This document shows positions 25,540-37,150 of a stretch of DNA of 64,000 bases, in pieces. The stretch covers positions 117,492,001 through 117,556,000 of the forward strand of contig NC_087437.1 of assembly GCF_036321535.1 (NCBI RefSeq), given 5' to 3'. Positions within the stretch are counted from its first letter, which is position 1; each line of letters begins with the position of its first letter. Position numbers and translations under genes: made by a program. The stretch is from Camelus dromedarius. Its lineage: Eukaryota. A model generated the notes under the pieces. The model was not told the origin of the DNA. It saw only the letters and a list, made by a program, of their open reading frames with translations, and did no database searches.

Positions 25540-26354
25540 ACGACTTTCTCCCTAATCAAACTCTAGTCAAGCCCTCTGAGCCCTCTTCTTGAGTAAAACT
25601 CAAAGTCCCCCTGTAAAATCTGCAGCCTCTCAGCGCAAATGATTTAACCTCCCCGCTCCCCTTCCACCAGCATGCGCGCGCGCGCGCACACACACACACA
25701 CACTCATTCAGAGGTTTCAACAAACAACTAAGAGAGTTTCTAACAGCTCAGGGCTGTGGACAGTAACGCAGCCCCCTTAAGTTCCCATCTGGGAGAGGTC
25801 AAGGGCGTCAAAGGAATGTACTTTTGCTCCAGGGAAAACCTGGTGATGGATAGAACCTACCTCCTCTGGACTCATAGAACTGTTACTTTGGAAAGTTTGT
25901 GATTATAGATCCTTTCTCTGCTCCTTTGAGATACAGATCTTCTACCACACATGACTGCCCTCTCAGGGACGCGAGTGCTGTCTTGAGCAGGATTCGTGGG
26001 GTTGACTCCTTACTCTCAGTCCCAGTCCCGGGGGTGTGGGGAGCACCCAGCTTGGGTGGGCACCATGCTCTAACTTGAACCCCTACGTCCTTTCCTAAAG
26101 TCATGGGAAGTTTGTTTCTCTGAATAAGCATTGTGGACAAATCCAAGTGGCCTAGTCACCTAGACCCCCTCCTCTCTGCCCCCTTGTTGCCCCTCAGTGC
26201 CTTCTCTGCAGCATCTAGGCTTTTAAAGTCTCCTGGCTTTTGTGTTGGTGAAGCTGAATTCAATTCAAGCCAGTCCCTCTTCTCTGTTGCAAGAATGCGT
26301 GCTAATAAAATCCATCCTCGCCCCTTCAGCTACTGTCCGGCTTTATCTCAGACA
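25540..26354 (+). mobile_element. ERV1 LTR (MER67/MER31 family-like)
   Basis: Start 'tctccctaatcaaactctagtcaagccctctgagccctcttc' resembles the LTR at 5517; 3' end 'gctaataaaatcc...tactgtccggctttatct'. Confidence 0.6.
25671..25702. repeat. (GC)n(CA)n compound microsatellite
   Basis: catgcgcgcgcgcgcgcacacacacacacaca. Confidence 0.95.
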
Positions 26355-27139
26355 CGCTCATAGTTCCATCCATTTCCTGCTTCCACCCCGCAGAGAGGGA
26401 CAGACTCATACTGCCTGCTTCATCCAGCCCACACATCTCCTTGGTCCCTCCTCATGGCCCAAAGTCTCACTCCTCCTGGAGCCTCAAACCAAAGCCCCTT
26501 CACAGGTGAATGAGGTGAGTCGTCTTAGCCACCGCTGCAGGGTACAGGGACGAATGTCGCCGGGCAGAACCTCTTTGTTGCCCTTGCTCTGGGGACCAGC
26601 CTGAGAAAGAGATGCCTTTCCTGTTCGCTCTGCAAACTCTGCTCTGGTTCTCCTGACTTCTGGAAGTGAGCGACCCCAGCGCGGTCCTGGTCCAGTGTTA
26701 TAACCACACTGTGCTTTCAACTGGAGAGACACAATGGCCAGAAACGGAAGACGTGTTCCTAGAAAATGTCCTTTGGGTCGGCTCTCAGGCAGCCAGTACT
26801 GGTGCCCAAGAAGTTCCTCCCAGTTCACCCCTGAGTTTAGCCCACTTTTCACCTGTAAGAATTCTCCATGCATAGTGGACACTCCAGGGTCTCATAGATG
26901 CAGTTTTTCCTCATCAGACCAATGTCCAGAACAGCCCCCCTTCTCCTGGCCGCCTGAGTCCGAGGTGCTGACCTCGCGGGCCCTGCCCAGCTCCTCTCAC
27001 CCGAAGCACGAGGCACGTGCTCGTAACCCCGGCCCGCCTCCGTTCCTCGGCTCTGGCCTCTTCCCCTCTCCTGCACTCAGTGGCTCTTTGGGAGACTTTT
27101 GGGGGAACTTCCACTGGATACTCTCTTCCTGTATCTTTT

Positions 27140-27290
27140 AAAAGATTTTTAAAAATCTTTTTAAATTTTTTTTGTTGAGGGAGAGATAGTTAGGTGTATT
27201 TATTTATTTATTAAATGCAGGTACTGGGGATTGAACCCAGGACCTTGTGTGTGCTAGGCGTGCACTCTACCCCAAGCTATACCCACCCCC
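27140..27290 (-). mobile_element. Camelid tRNA-derived SINE (Vic-1-like)
   Basis: Antisense 'ggtactggggattgaacccaggacc...agctatacccacccc'; flanked by tgtatctttt on both sides. Confidence 0.9.
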
Positions 27291-27299
27291 TTGTATCTT

Positions 27300-27514
27300 T
27301 TTTTTAGCTGAAGTATAGTCCTTGTACGATGTTGTGTTAGTTTCAGCTTAGTGATTCAGTTACATATTCATATCTATGTTCTTTCTCATATCCTTTTTCA
27401 TTATGGGCTATTACAAGGTATTGAGTATAGCTCCCTGTGCTGTGCAGTAGGACTTTGTTGTTTATTTTATATATAGTAGTTTGTACCTGCAAATTCCAAA
27501 CTCCTAATTTATCC
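27300..27514 (-). mobile_element. Young L1 3' end
   Basis: 'tgaagtatagtc...gtgattcagttacat...ccctgtgctgtgcagtagga...ccaaactcctaatttatccc'. Confidence 0.85.
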
Positions 27515-29229
27515 CTTCTTGTATCTTGACTCAACCCTCTCTCCAGTCTCCGCTGGTCCTTGGTCCTCCCAGGACAGACTTCACATATGGCGAGCGCCAC
27601 AGAGCCACCCTCCGTCCCCACTGCTGGGCACCTCCCTTCTCCCGAGGGTGAAGCCCGGCCTGTAGCCATTCATCTTGCGCCTTCTGTCTACCCACCCTAG
27701 CCTGGTACTCTCACATATTCCAGGCTGCTCTTCCAATGGTTGAAGTACCTCATGAATTTTCAGTATCTTCCCATGGCCCTAGAGATCAGGGGATGCCCAG
27801 GCTCCTGGAGAGCCCCGTGTCCCCGTGGATCTTGTTAAAGGCGTTGCTGTCACTACTGTGGACTGTGTGCTCACGGGGAGTGGGCAGCCAGCCTGCACAC
27901 TTGAGTGCTTTGCATACTGATGTCGCTATAGGTGTCACTCTGGCCCTTAACCTGTTCAGGCCGGAAAAGGGCCACTGAATAGAATGTTATCACTCTAAAT
28001 ATGTTTTGACTTCTGGGTACCCGCTTGCCAAAACCATTTTTCAGAAGAGGAATGAGAGCTTTTTCTTTTTCTGGTTAATTTCTCTATGTGATGAAAATGG
28101 CCTTGCCTTTCGGGACCCAAGTATGCAATGACACTGATGCATTTTTCAGCTTCTTTCTCCACAGTTATGCTTTAGTCCAAATGTCTCATTTATGAGGCTG
28201 GGGACTCTGTGGCCACTCTGGGAGAAACATCACACTTGTGCTCCCCCAACCCCCAGATGCTTAATTAGGGAATGAAATTTTTCTAAAGACTTTATTTCAC
28301 TGACTTTAATTGACTGAGATCTTTTTTCTAATTTTACTACATCAGTAATAAGCTCTTCAGTGTGATTTAGCACTTGGAATTTTTTAAAGCAAGTGTTCAT
28401 ATTAAGTGGAATGAACTTATCACTTTTTATGCTAATGGTTTGCAGTCTTGAAATGACTAAAATGACACGAAGGTTTTTCAGGAGATCAAATTTGGACATC
28501 ATTTTTGCTTTCATTTTGAAAGATTCTAGCACAGTTTCCCAGGATCTATTGACATGTGCATGAGACCCAGATAGTGGGAACTATATATAATTCTTTAATG
28601 ACCCATTTAAACGCTGTTCAATTTAGAAGGTGCCACTGGGACTATGTTATGGCTGTTTACTTTCTGCCTGCCCGTTTCTCCAGCCGCCACCGTTGAGACG
28701 CCCCCCCACCCCCCAGATCTTTGTCCTGTTGGCTGGGCCAGCACAACCCCTAGTACAGGGAAGGGACTCTGTTAAGGATTCTGAGGGAACAAGACAGTGG
28801 TATCCATTTTACACCCAAGAAGGAAAACCAGGATCGAATTTTAAAATTTTGCTATCATATAAACTTTTTTTTTACTTGAGGGTAAATGGTTGCATTTTCT
28901 GAACTCAGGGAATTCAAATTTATATTGTGGGTGAGTAACAACAGCTAAATCGCCTGTTCCCTGGTATTTTTATTTCCAGATCACTTGGGGTTTCTCACGG
29001 ACATACTGTCTGAGGTGCAAGACACGTTTCATCCCACAGGACCCTGGTGGACTTTTCCTGGATGCTCTTGTGATCACAGACTGACCGGGCAGTACTTACA
29101 AATCCTACTAACCCCACTCCAGCCCCTGACGGACACTCCCCCACACCAGTGGGCCCAGGCGTGTTACCATGTGTGCCGCTACGCAGCCAAGCGCACAAAT
29201 TTTGGAGTCAGTTTGTTTCTAAAAACAAG

Positions 29230-29365
29230 ACTTCATAGTTACTAACTGTGGGACGCTGAGCAGATTACCAACTTCTCTGAACCACAGATTCTTTATCTGA
29301 AAAAATGAGGCTAATAAAATTACCTACCTCATTCAATTTTGTGAGCACTAAATGTAATATGGCAT
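29230..29365 (+). mobile_element. MIR core
   Basis: 'actaactgtgggac..tgagcagattaccaacttctctgaacc.caga..tttatctg.aaaatgagg.taataa..tacctacctca'. Confidence 0.7.
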
Positions 29366-29764
29366 TTCAGGGGCTATACAGGTGGGTTAGATCAGGAGGC
29401 AGAAACCACACCAGTTTTCGCTCAGAGTGGAGTTAATATGAACATTGAGAATGTGGAGCAAAGTTGTTGGCTAGCTGACCGAAGCGGCAAAAAGAGAACT
29501 CTAAGATATTGTAGAGGGAGTGGGTACAGGGAGCAGCTCCTACCTGTGGGGCTGGGGGAACAAAGGGAGGAGTCAGGATTATTAAAATTTAGAAGCTTAG
29601 AGGAAGGGCCTCATGGAGCTGAAGTTTGGATCCTTGAGGTGGGGGGTTGCGGCTTGGCTTGTGTCTCTGGAGGGAGTGTGCTGAGGCTGGTTCTGTAAAC
29701 ATAGGGAAAATCACAAAGTAGCCAGGTAGAACCGCACTGCCGAGGTACAGAATGGCTGCCACCA

Positions 29765-30017
29765 ACAGGAACAGGAATCAAACAGGAAGGGAGCAAAGGA
29801 AACATGAAGGAGGAAAAGGAAATAAAAAGGAGGAAGAGGAAACAGAAAGGAGGAAGAAGGAAACAGGAAGGAGGGAGAAGGAAACAGGAAACAGGAAGGA
29901 GGAAGAAGGAAACAGGAAGGAGGAAGAGGAAACAGGAAGGATCACCTGCTGAGGAAACAAGAAGGAGGAAGAAGGAAACAGGAAGGAGGAAGGAGGAAGG
30001 AGGAGACAGGAAGGAAC
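29765..30017 (+). repeat. Purine-rich degenerate minisatellite (aggaaacaggaaggaggaag-like units), within a probable old LTR-like element starting near 29375
   Basis: About 250 bp of almost pure A/G with recurrent 'aaacaggaagg'. Confidence 0.9.
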
Positions 30018-30184
30018 ACATCTCTCCTTCCTCCTCCAGCTTCGCGCAGTTCCTCCTCTGCTGCCTCTTGGCTGATTCCGGGAGCGAGTGGCTGGCCAAC
30101 CTGAAATGTGCTTCGCAGCCCCCAGATAGAGGATGGCAGAGCAGAGGCACAGGAGAGCCTACTATTTCCATCCCTTCTGTGATT

Positions 30185-30720
30185 TGTTTCTGTGAAATGA
30201 ACGAATCGTATTGTCCTGCTTTTTTTTGCCTGCCTGGTAGTTTTTGATGCCGGGCCCTGTGAATGTCGTGTTGCTGGGTGTGAGATTTTACTGCATTCCT
30301 TCAAAGAGTGTTGGGTTACTTTTCTGGCACACAGTTACGTAACCTGTGGATCAGTGTGAGTTTTTGAGGCTTGCTGTAAGGCTTTGTTACGTGAGCCAAG
30401 AGGAGTCTTTGGGGCTAGTTTAACCCTAGTACCAAGGCCCAGCCCGCTGAGGCCGCAGCCTGATGCCTGTGTTGCCTGAGGCCACTCCTCTTTGGCTGGT
30501 GAAAGCAGGCATGGTTTCCAGTTCTGGGGGACCTTCCAGGAACTATTCAGGGGCTCTTTCCCCAGCGCTGGGAAGTTTCTTCCACTTTGACTTCAGTGAG
30601 TGTTTTTTGCACAGATCAGTGTTCAGATAGATTCAAGGGACCCTCTGCCCATCTCTGCAGCTCCATTCCTGCAGCAGCCTCCTTCCTGCTCTCCAATCTT
30701 GCAAACCTCGGGCTCCCTGC
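30185..30720 (-). mobile_element. Ancient L1 (L1ME-like) fragment
   Basis: 'tgcctggtagtttttga...tgtgaatgt..tgttgctgggtg...cacagtta..tggatcagt..tttgaggcttgct'. Confidence 0.5.
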
Positions 30721-31503
30721 TGCCCCTGGTTTCACACTTAGCCTTTAATTCCCGATTAATCAGCCCAGCCTGCTTTATTTCTCTCCAAAGCCTTGATTTC
30801 CCCAGCAGCAGCCATCTCATTCCATCATCCTTAAAGTTACCTTTCCTACTTATTTGTCTAAAGTCTGAGATGTGGCTCCCACCCTGTGCACTCACTTCCA
30901 CAGGGAGACCACCCCGCCTTACTGTGATGAGTGTTTCAACCACCACCAGGCTGCACCCTTGGGGTCTTCGTGCCCCATCTGCTGCCACTGAGGGTTCTGG
31001 TGGCCATCTGGCCAGCAGGTGATCCAGCTCCCGACTCCAGGGCAGGGTCTGCTTTCTCCCGCCACCTGGTCCGACTGCGTCAGGTCGCACCTGTAAGCAG
31101 ACCCGGGGGTGGAGGTTAGCAGGCAGGGTGATGCTCGGGGGTGCCCTGTCATCACACCCAGGGGGATGAAGGCCAGGATGGGGCAGAGGGGGAATGTGGA
31201 CTGTGGTTCCAGCAGATCCCACAGGAAACTTTGGAGCTGGGATGGAGGACCCTGCAGAGTTCTCCCGAATTGGGACAAGGGGGCCAAGACTTTGTTGGAT
31301 GTGTCTGAATGGCATGGTGACTCTGGGCAAGGCAGCTCCCTTGGGCTGAGAGCAGGCTCCCTGAGGACTGAGTGGAGCACTGAGCCCATCACCATCGCCA
31401 ACGGGCAGTAGCTGGGGAGTGAGCGCTTCCGTCCTGGGAGGGCGGGGGTCTGGGGCATCCAAAAGGGTGTCCTCTCCAGAAAGAACCCCAGCCACAGACT
31501 GGA

Positions 31504-31873
31504 TGTCCCAGTCTGCTTGGGTTTCCACAACAGAGGGCCACAGATGGGGGCAGCTTAAACAGCAGACGCCTTTTCTTTCATGATTCTGGAGGCTGGATGG
31601 CCAAGATCAAAGTGCCAGCAGGGCTGGCGTCTCCTGGGGCTTCTCTCCTTGGGGTGAGGATGCCGTCTCCTCCCTGTGTCTTCACGTGGTTGCCCCTCGG
31701 TGTAGGCAGTCTGTGTCCTGACTCTTCTTACCAGGACACCAGACGTATTGGATTAGAGCCCATCCATACGACTTCATTTCACCTAATTCCCTCATTAAAT
31801 AGTCCCACGGGTCTTAGGATTTCCATGTGTGCATGGGAGGGGGTGGGGGGCCATTACAGTTCAGCCCGTAGCA
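31504..31873 (-). mobile_element. MaLR solo LTR (MLT1A/B-like)
   Basis: 'ttctggaggctgga..ccaagatcaaagtgccagcagg...ctcttctta.caggacacca...cagttcagcccgtagca'. Confidence 0.85.
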
Positions 31874-32615
31874 CCGGACAAGTGGGCTGGCTCTGCAGAA
31901 TCACTGATTTGTTGCTGGAGAGTGAACTGGAAGACTTCACCTGTGTCGGAAGCAAAGATAGAATAATTAAGGACACAACAAAGGACCCAACAAATTAAGG
32001 ACCCAACAGTTCTGACCGCTGACCCGGCTGCGAGATGGGAGAGCCCTACCAGCAGGCCATCAGATTGGCCTTGAGCAAGGGACCCGGGCTGACGTGTCGG
32101 AGAAGGGGCTCTTTGAACACAAACACCCACTGACCTTTTCATCAAAGAGAGCGCTGTGGAGGGCAGGCATGCTGGCTCTGCGGGCCGTCCAGGCAGTCCC
32201 CATCCCAGGGGCAGATTTGGACATTTAATTGGGCTGAAAGGGACTGCCGGCTCTAAGGTGACCTTTTCATCCATAAACTGGGAGGGATTTAAACCTTAAG
32301 AATGGTAGAGGCTTCAGGTAAGATTGCAACCCTTGGAATTAGCCAATGAGATGAGCAGAGTTCTGTGGAACTGGGGCAGATGGATGTGACTGTACGTGTC
32401 CACCTCCTGCATAATCCCTCTTTCTCTCCTACTGGTGATGCCCTTTGCAAAGACAGAGTGACCTCACCGAGGGTCAAGGTGGGGTGGAGGGTTGGATATG
32501 TAAACGCAAGTTATTTTAGGTGAGAAAGAGACACGGGGGCAACAGGGGGCAGAGAAGAGAGAACTCAAAGATAAACTTTCAATACCTCCCAGAAATAATA
32601 ATATGTATGCATCTA

Positions 32616-32765
32616 GAGGGGAGGGTATAGCTCAGTGGTAGAGTGTGTGCCTAACATGCACGAGGTCCTGGGTTCAATCCCCAGTACCTCCATTAAAATA
32701 AATAAACCTAGTTACCCCTCCCCAAGTAAACTAGTTAATTAAACAATAAAACAAAATATTAAAAA
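32616..32765 (+). mobile_element. Camelid tRNA-derived SINE (Vic-1-like)
   Basis: 'ggggagggtatagctcagtggtagag...gaggtcctgggttcaatccccagtacctcc'; TSD atgtatgcatcta / atgtatacatcta. Confidence 0.92.
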
Positions 32766-35345
32766 ATGTATACATCTATTATCCATGTTGGCCAGTGAAG
32801 GGCAACCTCTAGGGCAGAGAAGGGAGGGGACAACACACGTGTCAGGCTGGGGGGAGGAAGCGGGACTAAAATGCAAGGTATTTGCTAAACCCTTGGAAGG
32901 CCACCACTGAACATGTCTATTAATCTATTTTTTCTTTAAAAAGGCAGTAAAACCCAGTCATGTAGGTTGAAAGCAGGTCAGTCTTGACAGCAATTTTTTC
33001 AAAAAATGGTTTAAAAAGTTGGCTTAAACTCTGACGGCAGAGAGATGTTGGAAATACCCTCTTTTCTCATTTTCAAAAGAGAAAATTCTCAGATGTTAGC
33101 TTTGGAAAGTGAGTCTAATTTTGTGGGGAAAAAAGAGTCTTCTTTACAGAGCGGCGTCCACACTCAGTGAGCGCAGAACATGGGCTTGTGCGGTCAGGGC
33201 GACAGCCGACAGGGGCGGGGTAGTTTCATGCTCCTGCAGGAGGTTTAAAAAGCCAAGGAGGTGGGAGACCAGACGTGGTAAACGGCACTCACAGGAAGGG
33301 AGCATTACAGTAAAGAAATGCTTCCAGGGGAGGTTTGTAGAATTAGGTTGCGTTTCCGCACTTGTAGGTAGAACCTGGGTAGCCTCCTGGCTCTGGGCCA
33401 CGTGACGTTTAGAAGTTGGCACAGGGCTCCAGCCTGTAGGCGGGATTCACATTCAGGGTAGCAGGAAGCAAGGTGGGGGATGGCAGGCAGGAGCCCGCCA
33501 GGTCCGCCCATCAGGGTGGGGAGGGCTGAGTCTCTGGGGTGGGGACTGTGTAGTCACCAAGGGACTATATTTGGCTTGTGGTTGATGAGCAGTGAAGGCA
33601 GAAGGGAGGGATGACACCAGCCAGTGATGCTGGACCACGAATCCTCCATGATGGCCCTCCACAACCCTCCCGTTGTGAAGCCTTCCACATTCAGGGATTC
33701 GGATCGTGCTGTATGAAAGTCTGCTGGAAAGTGTTAGGTCATCAATATACACTGTCCCTATAAATAAGCCCAGAGGAAGATTTTGAAAGATTGCCTGGTC
33801 CAACCCAGCACCTTCCGGCAGGCTCACACTTCCAAGAAGATGAAAATAATCTATCCACATTACATATTTTTTCATAAATTACAGAACCACATGTCTGTAT
33901 TTTAATTCAGCAAGGCTGAAGTATTCCCCTAGATCTAATATATGAAGCTGTAGATCTAATTCTCCTGAAGTTCTTTCAAAATTTATTTCCCAGCTCAATG
34001 TATTTAGTGTATATATTTTCACTTAGGTTGGCAGGTATGAGGTTTTAATATCTCTATATTACCAGTGGGGGAAATGAGACACTGAGGGATGGACAGGCTT
34101 GGCCAAGGTCACAGAGAAAACTATCGCTCACTTCAAGGACCAAAGTCCTAAGCTTCTGGTTCATGATTCCATCTGCCATGTGATGTGGTGTTTGGCTGAC
34201 CTGAGGAACATCGCATGGTAGTGATGTGCAGAAGCTGTTTAAATAGGATTGGTGCCTGTAAGAGCCAACAGGGGCCATGCAGATGCCAAAAGGAGGTGGG
34301 GTGGGGGAAGGGCAGATGGGCAGGAGGGAGCCTGGAAGTTTGGAAGGAGTGAATGAGTGACGTGTGTGTGTCCTATGACTGCCTCAAGCAGTGTTTCTCA
34401 GATCCGACTGCTCATCAGAACCTCACGGCCAGGTTTGAAGACCATCTCTTTATTATTACGCTGGTCCCTGGGGATTCCAAGACAAGGGTGGTGGAATCTT
34501 TGCAGTCCTTGGTCTGATGCAGTCATTGGTGTCACTGCCCCAAGAGAATGGATGGAGCTCAGAGGTGTGGTCCAGGTGCCCAACCTGGGACATGACAGAA
34601 GGAGCATTCAGTGCCTGGGGAGCTGGCCAGCGAGCACACATGGAGATGTGCTGGGGGCACACTCATATGCATCGGGTGTAACCTGTGGGCGCTGATTTTC
34701 CCTTGGGCAGCTAGGTTCTCTCTCTCTGTGGCTGCACTCAGCATTTGCCTTGTGTTTTTTAGAACAGACACAAGCCCACAGGTCGATTTGCAAGAGGGCT
34801 CCCTGACCAGTGACCAGACCCAGCAGCCACACGCATCTCAGTTCCCATCACATTGGCCGTGATGTCTGCCTTGTACAAGTCCAGGGCCCACTTGGATGCT
34901 CTTCAGGGTCTCACGAGTCCAGGTGTGGGCCCAAGAATCTTCACAGCCAGGCTGGACAGGCAGATTCCAGGGTCAAAGCTGTGGTCACAGCGTGACTCTC
35001 CAAGTCCATGACGCCATCTGCTCACGTCCTCCTGCCAGGGGATGAGTACCCGGGGTACAAGCAGGCTGGCGGATATGGGGTTGGAGGAGAGGAGTGGAAA
35101 ATATTCAGGTCTGAAGGCAGAGGCTTGTGCTACAAAGGCAGGGGAAACGGCAGCCCCGGAGAAAAGCAAGAGGCGGGTGAGATGCCTGGCCTCCGTGTTT
35201 CCAGAACAGCTCTTCCTTCGAGAAACAAGCCTCCAGTCCACTGCCACTGAACATGCATTTTCCCACACGTCTAAGTCCTGTAACCTCTTGAAATCATGAA
35301 CAATGGCAATCCTAGAATGATCTGTGTACCTTCGACTATGACTCT

Positions 35346-35550
35346 TTTTTTTAAATTGAAGTATAGTCAGTTACAATGTGTCAATTTATGGTGTACATAA
35401 TGTCCCAGCCATGCATATACATGCATATATTCATTTTCAGATTCTTTTCTCATTAAAGGTTATTATAAGATATAGAATATAGTTCCCTGTGCTATACAGA
35501 AGAAATTTGGGGTTTTTTAATCTATTTTATATGTAATGATATGTATATTA
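35346..35550 (-). mobile_element. Young L1 3' end
   Basis: 'aattgaagtatagtcagttacaatgtgtcaatt...atagttccctgtgctatacagaagaaa'; flanked by tgactct on both sides. Confidence 0.85.
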
Positions 35551-35627
35551 TTTGACTCTCTTGTAATCTGTCGTTTCCTCTCCCTGGCTGGGCTTGGAGC
35601 TGGGACCAAGCCCGCCTTCCTCCTTTG

Positions 35628-35643
35628 CTCCACTAGGTGGCCC
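35628..35643 (+). promoter_or_regulatory. CTCF core motif candidate
   Basis: ctccactaggtggccc matches the CCAC(C/T)AG(G/A)(G/T)GGC core. Confidence 0.5.
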
Positions 35644-36994
35644 TTGCTGCTCTCAGATATCTGCCAGGCGTTCAGACAGGTGAATGCATTTCATTGGCTC
35701 ACGGGAGGCATGATGCCATCGGGCAGCCCTTTTTAAGAGAAAAGCCAGGACCGTGGAACAGCGACCCCTGAGCAGTGCTGTCCGTGCGAGCAGTGGGGAT
35801 CCCGGAGCTGCTGTTAAGGCATCATGAGTGAGGTGAGCGGGGCTTCTACTCTCCCAGGGAAACTTGGGGGTGAGAAGGGGCTTTGCGGAGCAGCAAGGCT
35901 CAGCAAAATGAAGGGATTCCAAGTGGTGAGAGCACATCGACCCTGTGACTGTTGGCCTGGAGGACGGACACTCCTCCTGTCTCGGTTTGCATGGCAAGGG
36001 CAGAAATTGGTTAAGTTGGCAACTTTTAAACATTCACCTCAGATAGAGAGAGGGATTAACTGTTTGCTTCCGATTTAAAGGTGACTTTGGAAAGTGCTTT
36101 GAGATTTAGACCTCAGAAGAGAAAGCTGGGTTTTTTGGGGTTTTTTTCAGTCTCTTGTGAAGATTTGCGCTACACGCAGTGTGATTTCACGTGCCTTCCT
36201 TGGTGGGTACCTTTCAGAGCGCTAGCAGGCAGGCCATCTGGCAGACGTCAGTCTTGGAAGAGAAGTGAGGGAAGGATTGCAGTGCATGGCCGTGTGGACG
36301 CACTGCCTGCACAGACTACACCTGCAGTTAATCAGAGCACCAGTGGGAGAAATGCAGATGGTGTGAACCGCGAAATATCTGTGTGTGTGAGTGTGGGGCC
36401 CAAGACCCGAGAGACCCTGGCAGGAGACGAGCTCCAGTTTTCAATGAAAAGTCACTTCTCTGAATATGTTTATCCAGAAGATAGTTTGTTGGGGCAAACT
36501 GATAGTTCATTGTATTTTTAAATGATCACATTCTCTGTCTTCCTTTTAAAAATGGCAGATTTGGGGTTTGACAGCACCACCCTCTAATTTTACTTGGTAA
36601 TCGAGACAAATTCATTTTCATTTCCTTTTGGTTGGCACTTAAATAATTACTTTTAAAAATCTTTTGTCTGTCTTTTTTTTTTTTTCTTTTTTTGACAGAC
36701 TGGTGATCCTTTTTTTGGACTCTAGAGTAAAATTAACAACTTCAGAAATAAAATGCCTCTTCCTGGCTTTTATCTCTCTGATGGGTGGTTTTTGGTATAA
36801 ACATGACAGGAATCCTGAGCTGGCAAAACGTTATAAAATTTAGAAATGGGGTTTGGGATGGGGCCAAGGGCTTGGGCGAGGATGTGGGCAAGTGTGTGAG
36901 GAGGAGGGTGGGGAGGCTGAAACCATCCAGCAGCAACAGCAGTTATCACCACAGCAGCTCCCGCTTGCCCAGCGTCCCCAGTGCGCAGCAGGGT

Positions 36995-37150
36995 GTCTAG
37001 TTACCTTATTTGAACTTCCCTGACAACCTGTGAGGTAGGTGCCATTGTTATGCCCAGTTGACAGCTGAGGCATGGAGACGTTCAAGGTCAGCTGGCTCAA
37101 AGCCACCGGCTAGTGAAGGGCAGGGCTGGGACTTGGGTGGGTCTTGATGG
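36995..37150 (-). mobile_element. MIR
   Basis: 'acaacctgtgaggtagg..ccattgttatgccc...ctgaggcatggaga...aaagccac..gctagtgaagggcagggctggga'. Confidence 0.7.

Noticed and set aside
29611..30304. Arg/Lys/Glu-rich and Phe/Leu/Ser-rich ORFs
   Set aside because: They are translations of the polypurine minisatellite
30623..31528. Longest ORF (301 aa, minus strand) and overlapping 203-aa ORF
   Set aside because: Non-ATG start, Pro/Gly/Ser-rich composition from GC-rich DNA, overlap with repeat fragments at both ends, and no recognisable domain
32617..32692. tRNA-like sequence with A and B boxes (also at 2430, 27220, 54510 and 58984)
   Set aside because: These are SINE heads with A-rich tails and TSDs, not functional tRNA genes
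33453..33875. 140-aa ATG-initiated minus-strand ORF
   Set aside because: No recognisable family, promoter or splice context; length is compatible with chance in 64 kb
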